Origin: Lama glama | Taxonomy: Eukaryota | DNA: 64,000 nt | NCBI GenBank assembly: GCA_028534125.1 | Contig: CM052817.1 | Location: 109,184,001 to 109,248,000, forward strand | Reading direction: 5' to 3' | Shown here: in pieces, positions 61,440 through 64,000 of the stretch | Layout: every line of letters starts with the position of its first letter | How positions within the stretch are numbered: the stretch's first letter is position 1 | The notes under the pieces: generated by a model | Seen by the model: the letters and a program-made list of their open reading frames with translations, nothing else | Database searches by the model: none | Told to the model about the DNA's origin: nothing | Translations under genes and position numbers: made by a program

Positions 61440-62400
61440 CCTGCCTCTGACTTATGTGACAAAGTGACAATGGAGCTGAAGGGGGATGGGAGCCACTCTA
61501 TCTGCAGAGGTCAGAGGAGGCGAGAGCTGGGGTCTGGATGTTTAGAAGAGACAGCCACGTGGAAACCTAAAAATCAAGCATCTCTAAAGGAGACACTGAA
61601 TGTAGAATCGTAAAACTGAGAACAAGCGGGTGTGTGCCGGCAGCAGGAAAGGCGGTCAGGGTGGCTGGAGCCCAGGGAGGAAGGGGAAGGTGGGGGCACC
61701 GTGTGGGGTTCTGTCGCGTTCACTAAGTGGTTCGGAGCTTACTTTGTTTCTAAAGGAAGCCACAGACTTTTTGGCCTAAGTGACCAGCAGTGACTGAGGG
61801 GAAGACAGTGCAGATGGCATGAGACACACACTCTTGACCTCAAACCATCATGGAACAGAGAGGGAGATTGGGAAAGGTGAGGCAAGAGCTTCAATCATGT
61901 TTCTAATAATAAATGCCATTAGGGTTTTGAGTCATGTGATGAGCGTTCATCCTGGGTGAAGGAACAGAGCTCTGGGATTCAGGAGGGCACTGCCATGAAC
62001 AGCATGGGGAACAGAAGAACCCTTATTCAGAAAGAGGCCAAGTATTTCAGATCCAGAGGGGGCACAGAAAGTTGTAAGTTTTAGAAATAGGGACTAACAT
62101 GATGCTTAATCCCGTGAATAAGTCAACATTTGGGAGGGAAGAAATAACCGTAAATGCAGACCACATGCCTCCTGGTGGCTAACTCTGAAATCCAGGGTCC
62201 CAGGTGAGGTCAACTCTGAAAGAGCAAAGGTGAGGAGAGAAGGGTAGACCAGTGGTAGCTTGAAGTCCTCACCAGTCCGTGATGTGAGGGCTCTTACAGA
62301 ACTGCCCAAGTCGGCCAGTAACCGGGACAGAGTGAAGGGCACAGGCAGGAGTCTTTAAAGCTTGGGGACTGATGGAGAGAGACATGGAAATAGGGCAGAA
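61440..62400 (-). mobile_element. Degraded L2 fragments
   Basis: tggagctgaaggg...tctgcagaggtcagagg...gaacaagcggg...cagggtggctggagc...ggagcttactttg...aaggaagccac resemble antisense L2. Confidence 0.45.
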
Positions 62401-64000
62401 GAAAAAGCTGTACTATAAAGCTTTTAAAGAAATGTTTTAAAGAAATGAAACTTACTCAACCACCATATTTGTAAATTATACAACCAAATACATATTTCTT
62501 TGAAAGAATATTCCTAGGAGCCAGACACTAATTCCAAAAACTGCTTTCGTTTCTCATAGCATCTTCAGAGATCCATTACAAGACACAATCATGTCCACAC
62601 TGACATAAACAGACCTGTCTGGTTTCTTAAGTAGCATTTGTCTTTCTTTGATCTATGACTGAAGACTGGTTCTCAAACTGAACTTACTCAAAAGAATAAA
62701 TATTTGATGTCACTTTTAATTTTTGGAAAAAAAGTTCTTTTAAGTTTCAAGACATTTTCAAAATTGTTTGGGCATGACACAGTCTCAAAGCATGGGGTTC
62801 CAAAGGAGCTACAGAAAACTTTTCTTCCATTCGTCTATGAAGCTCCATGACAATGCATCTGAAAAATGTAATACACAAATTCAAACACTAACCAGTTCCT
62901 TACAAGCTGGTTTGAAAACAATATTCATTAGTATGTTGAAATACTGTGTACATATTTATATTTGTATATTTACACATATCTTGTTTCTTCATAATTAAGC
63001 AACTGAGTGAAATTAATCTAACCAGTAGACAGTTAAAGCTAAGGATTTCCTTATTTCTAGAATTGTCTTGATTGTATTAAAGTTTTATCATTTGTATCAC
63101 ATTTCCACTTACCCATGTGTTAGTCCTTCTTAAGTAAGGAAAGTAGAAAATGTGTAAGTAATGGTATGAACACGGCCGTGCAGGTTAGGGTGGCAGACTG
63201 CAGCACAGTGAGCCTGCAGACAGGCTGTCCAGAGCCAGCTACATCAGTGCCACCCATGGTTCCTACTGTCCTGCCACATAGCTCCCACCCTCCCTGCCCC
63301 CTCCCAGTCCAGGATGGCTGCGGGGACTGGAGCTCCCCGTCAGAGCTGCAGATCAGGTGGAAGGGGAAAGCCAGGAGAACCAAGCAAGTACCCCTTTTAG
63401 AAGTAGATTCTCTATAAGCAGGTTTTCCAGAAATCTTTTGTTTGTCTATTTATGTCTCCAGGCCAGAACTTAGCCATATGATTACAAGCTGAAAAGGAGT
63501 CCAGTTAGAAATTGATTTGTCAAACTAAGGAAGAAGATGGTGGTGGTGGAGCATGGATATTGAGGAGGCAACCAGAAGCCTCTGCCAAAACTGGTTTTAT
63601 CTCCTTAGAGTACTTTTGTGCCACAGCCTCCATCTTCAATTTTCTTGGACCATCCAGACAGGACCAGTAATTTTCTCCATGACATGGTTAGTTCTCTCAT
63701 TTTTGAACAGAACCTGAGGATGATTTAGGACATTGTCATTTAATTTGCAAAATTATGATACTGGGAGCTTGATCTTCAAGTAAACAACAGTTATTTAAAT
63801 ATTTTGTAGGATTTTTTCTTACTGAAGGAGCTCTTTGTATAATGCAACCAAACACCTGGCTCACTAGAAAGGACACTGAAGAAGGCACCCAAAAATGATG
63901 CTTTGGAGTTAAAGTTGGTTAAATCCCAGTCACATCAGTTTGCTCTTATACTTCTGTTTAACATGTTCATGCTGGGGAAATTCCAAAGCTTTTATACTAG

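Noticed and set aside
1..64000. Prokaryotic-type systems (CRISPR arrays, operons, defence islands) and rRNA/snRNA genes
   Set aside because: The sequence is mammalian and repeat-rich. I saw no regularly spaced repeat-spacer array, dense ORF cluster or structural RNA gene.

Overview
Mammalian, non-coding genomic DNA, very probably from a camelid (Camelus/Vicugna/Lama), judged by three short tRNA-derived SINEs matching the camelid Vic-1 pattern and by cetartiodactyl-type L1 3' ends. No protein-coding gene can be identified. The supplied ORFs are short, lack recognisable domains, and mostly overlap repeats or the assembly gap. A large part of the window is interspersed repeat: solo LTRs (ERV1-like, MER41-like, MER21, ERVL/MaLR), old and young L1, L2, MIR, and Tigger/hAT DNA elements. 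There is a 500-N scaffold gap at 46593-47092. The repeat-poor stretches (about 16.5-23 kb, 25.5-26.3 kb, 35.2-36.2 kb, 37.5-39 kb, 49.2-51 kb) contain exon-like splice signals on the minus strand and transcription-factor motif clusters. This fits the 5' intronic/UTR part of a large minus-strand gene, but that is inference. I found no convincing novel biological system. The best leads are a MER41-like LTR with altered STAT sites, two exon-like segments with open frames, and a POU/SOX/HOX motif cluster. Repeat family names come from remembered consensus sequences, not from a database search, and repeat boundaries are approximate unless termini or target-site duplications (TSDs) are quoted.
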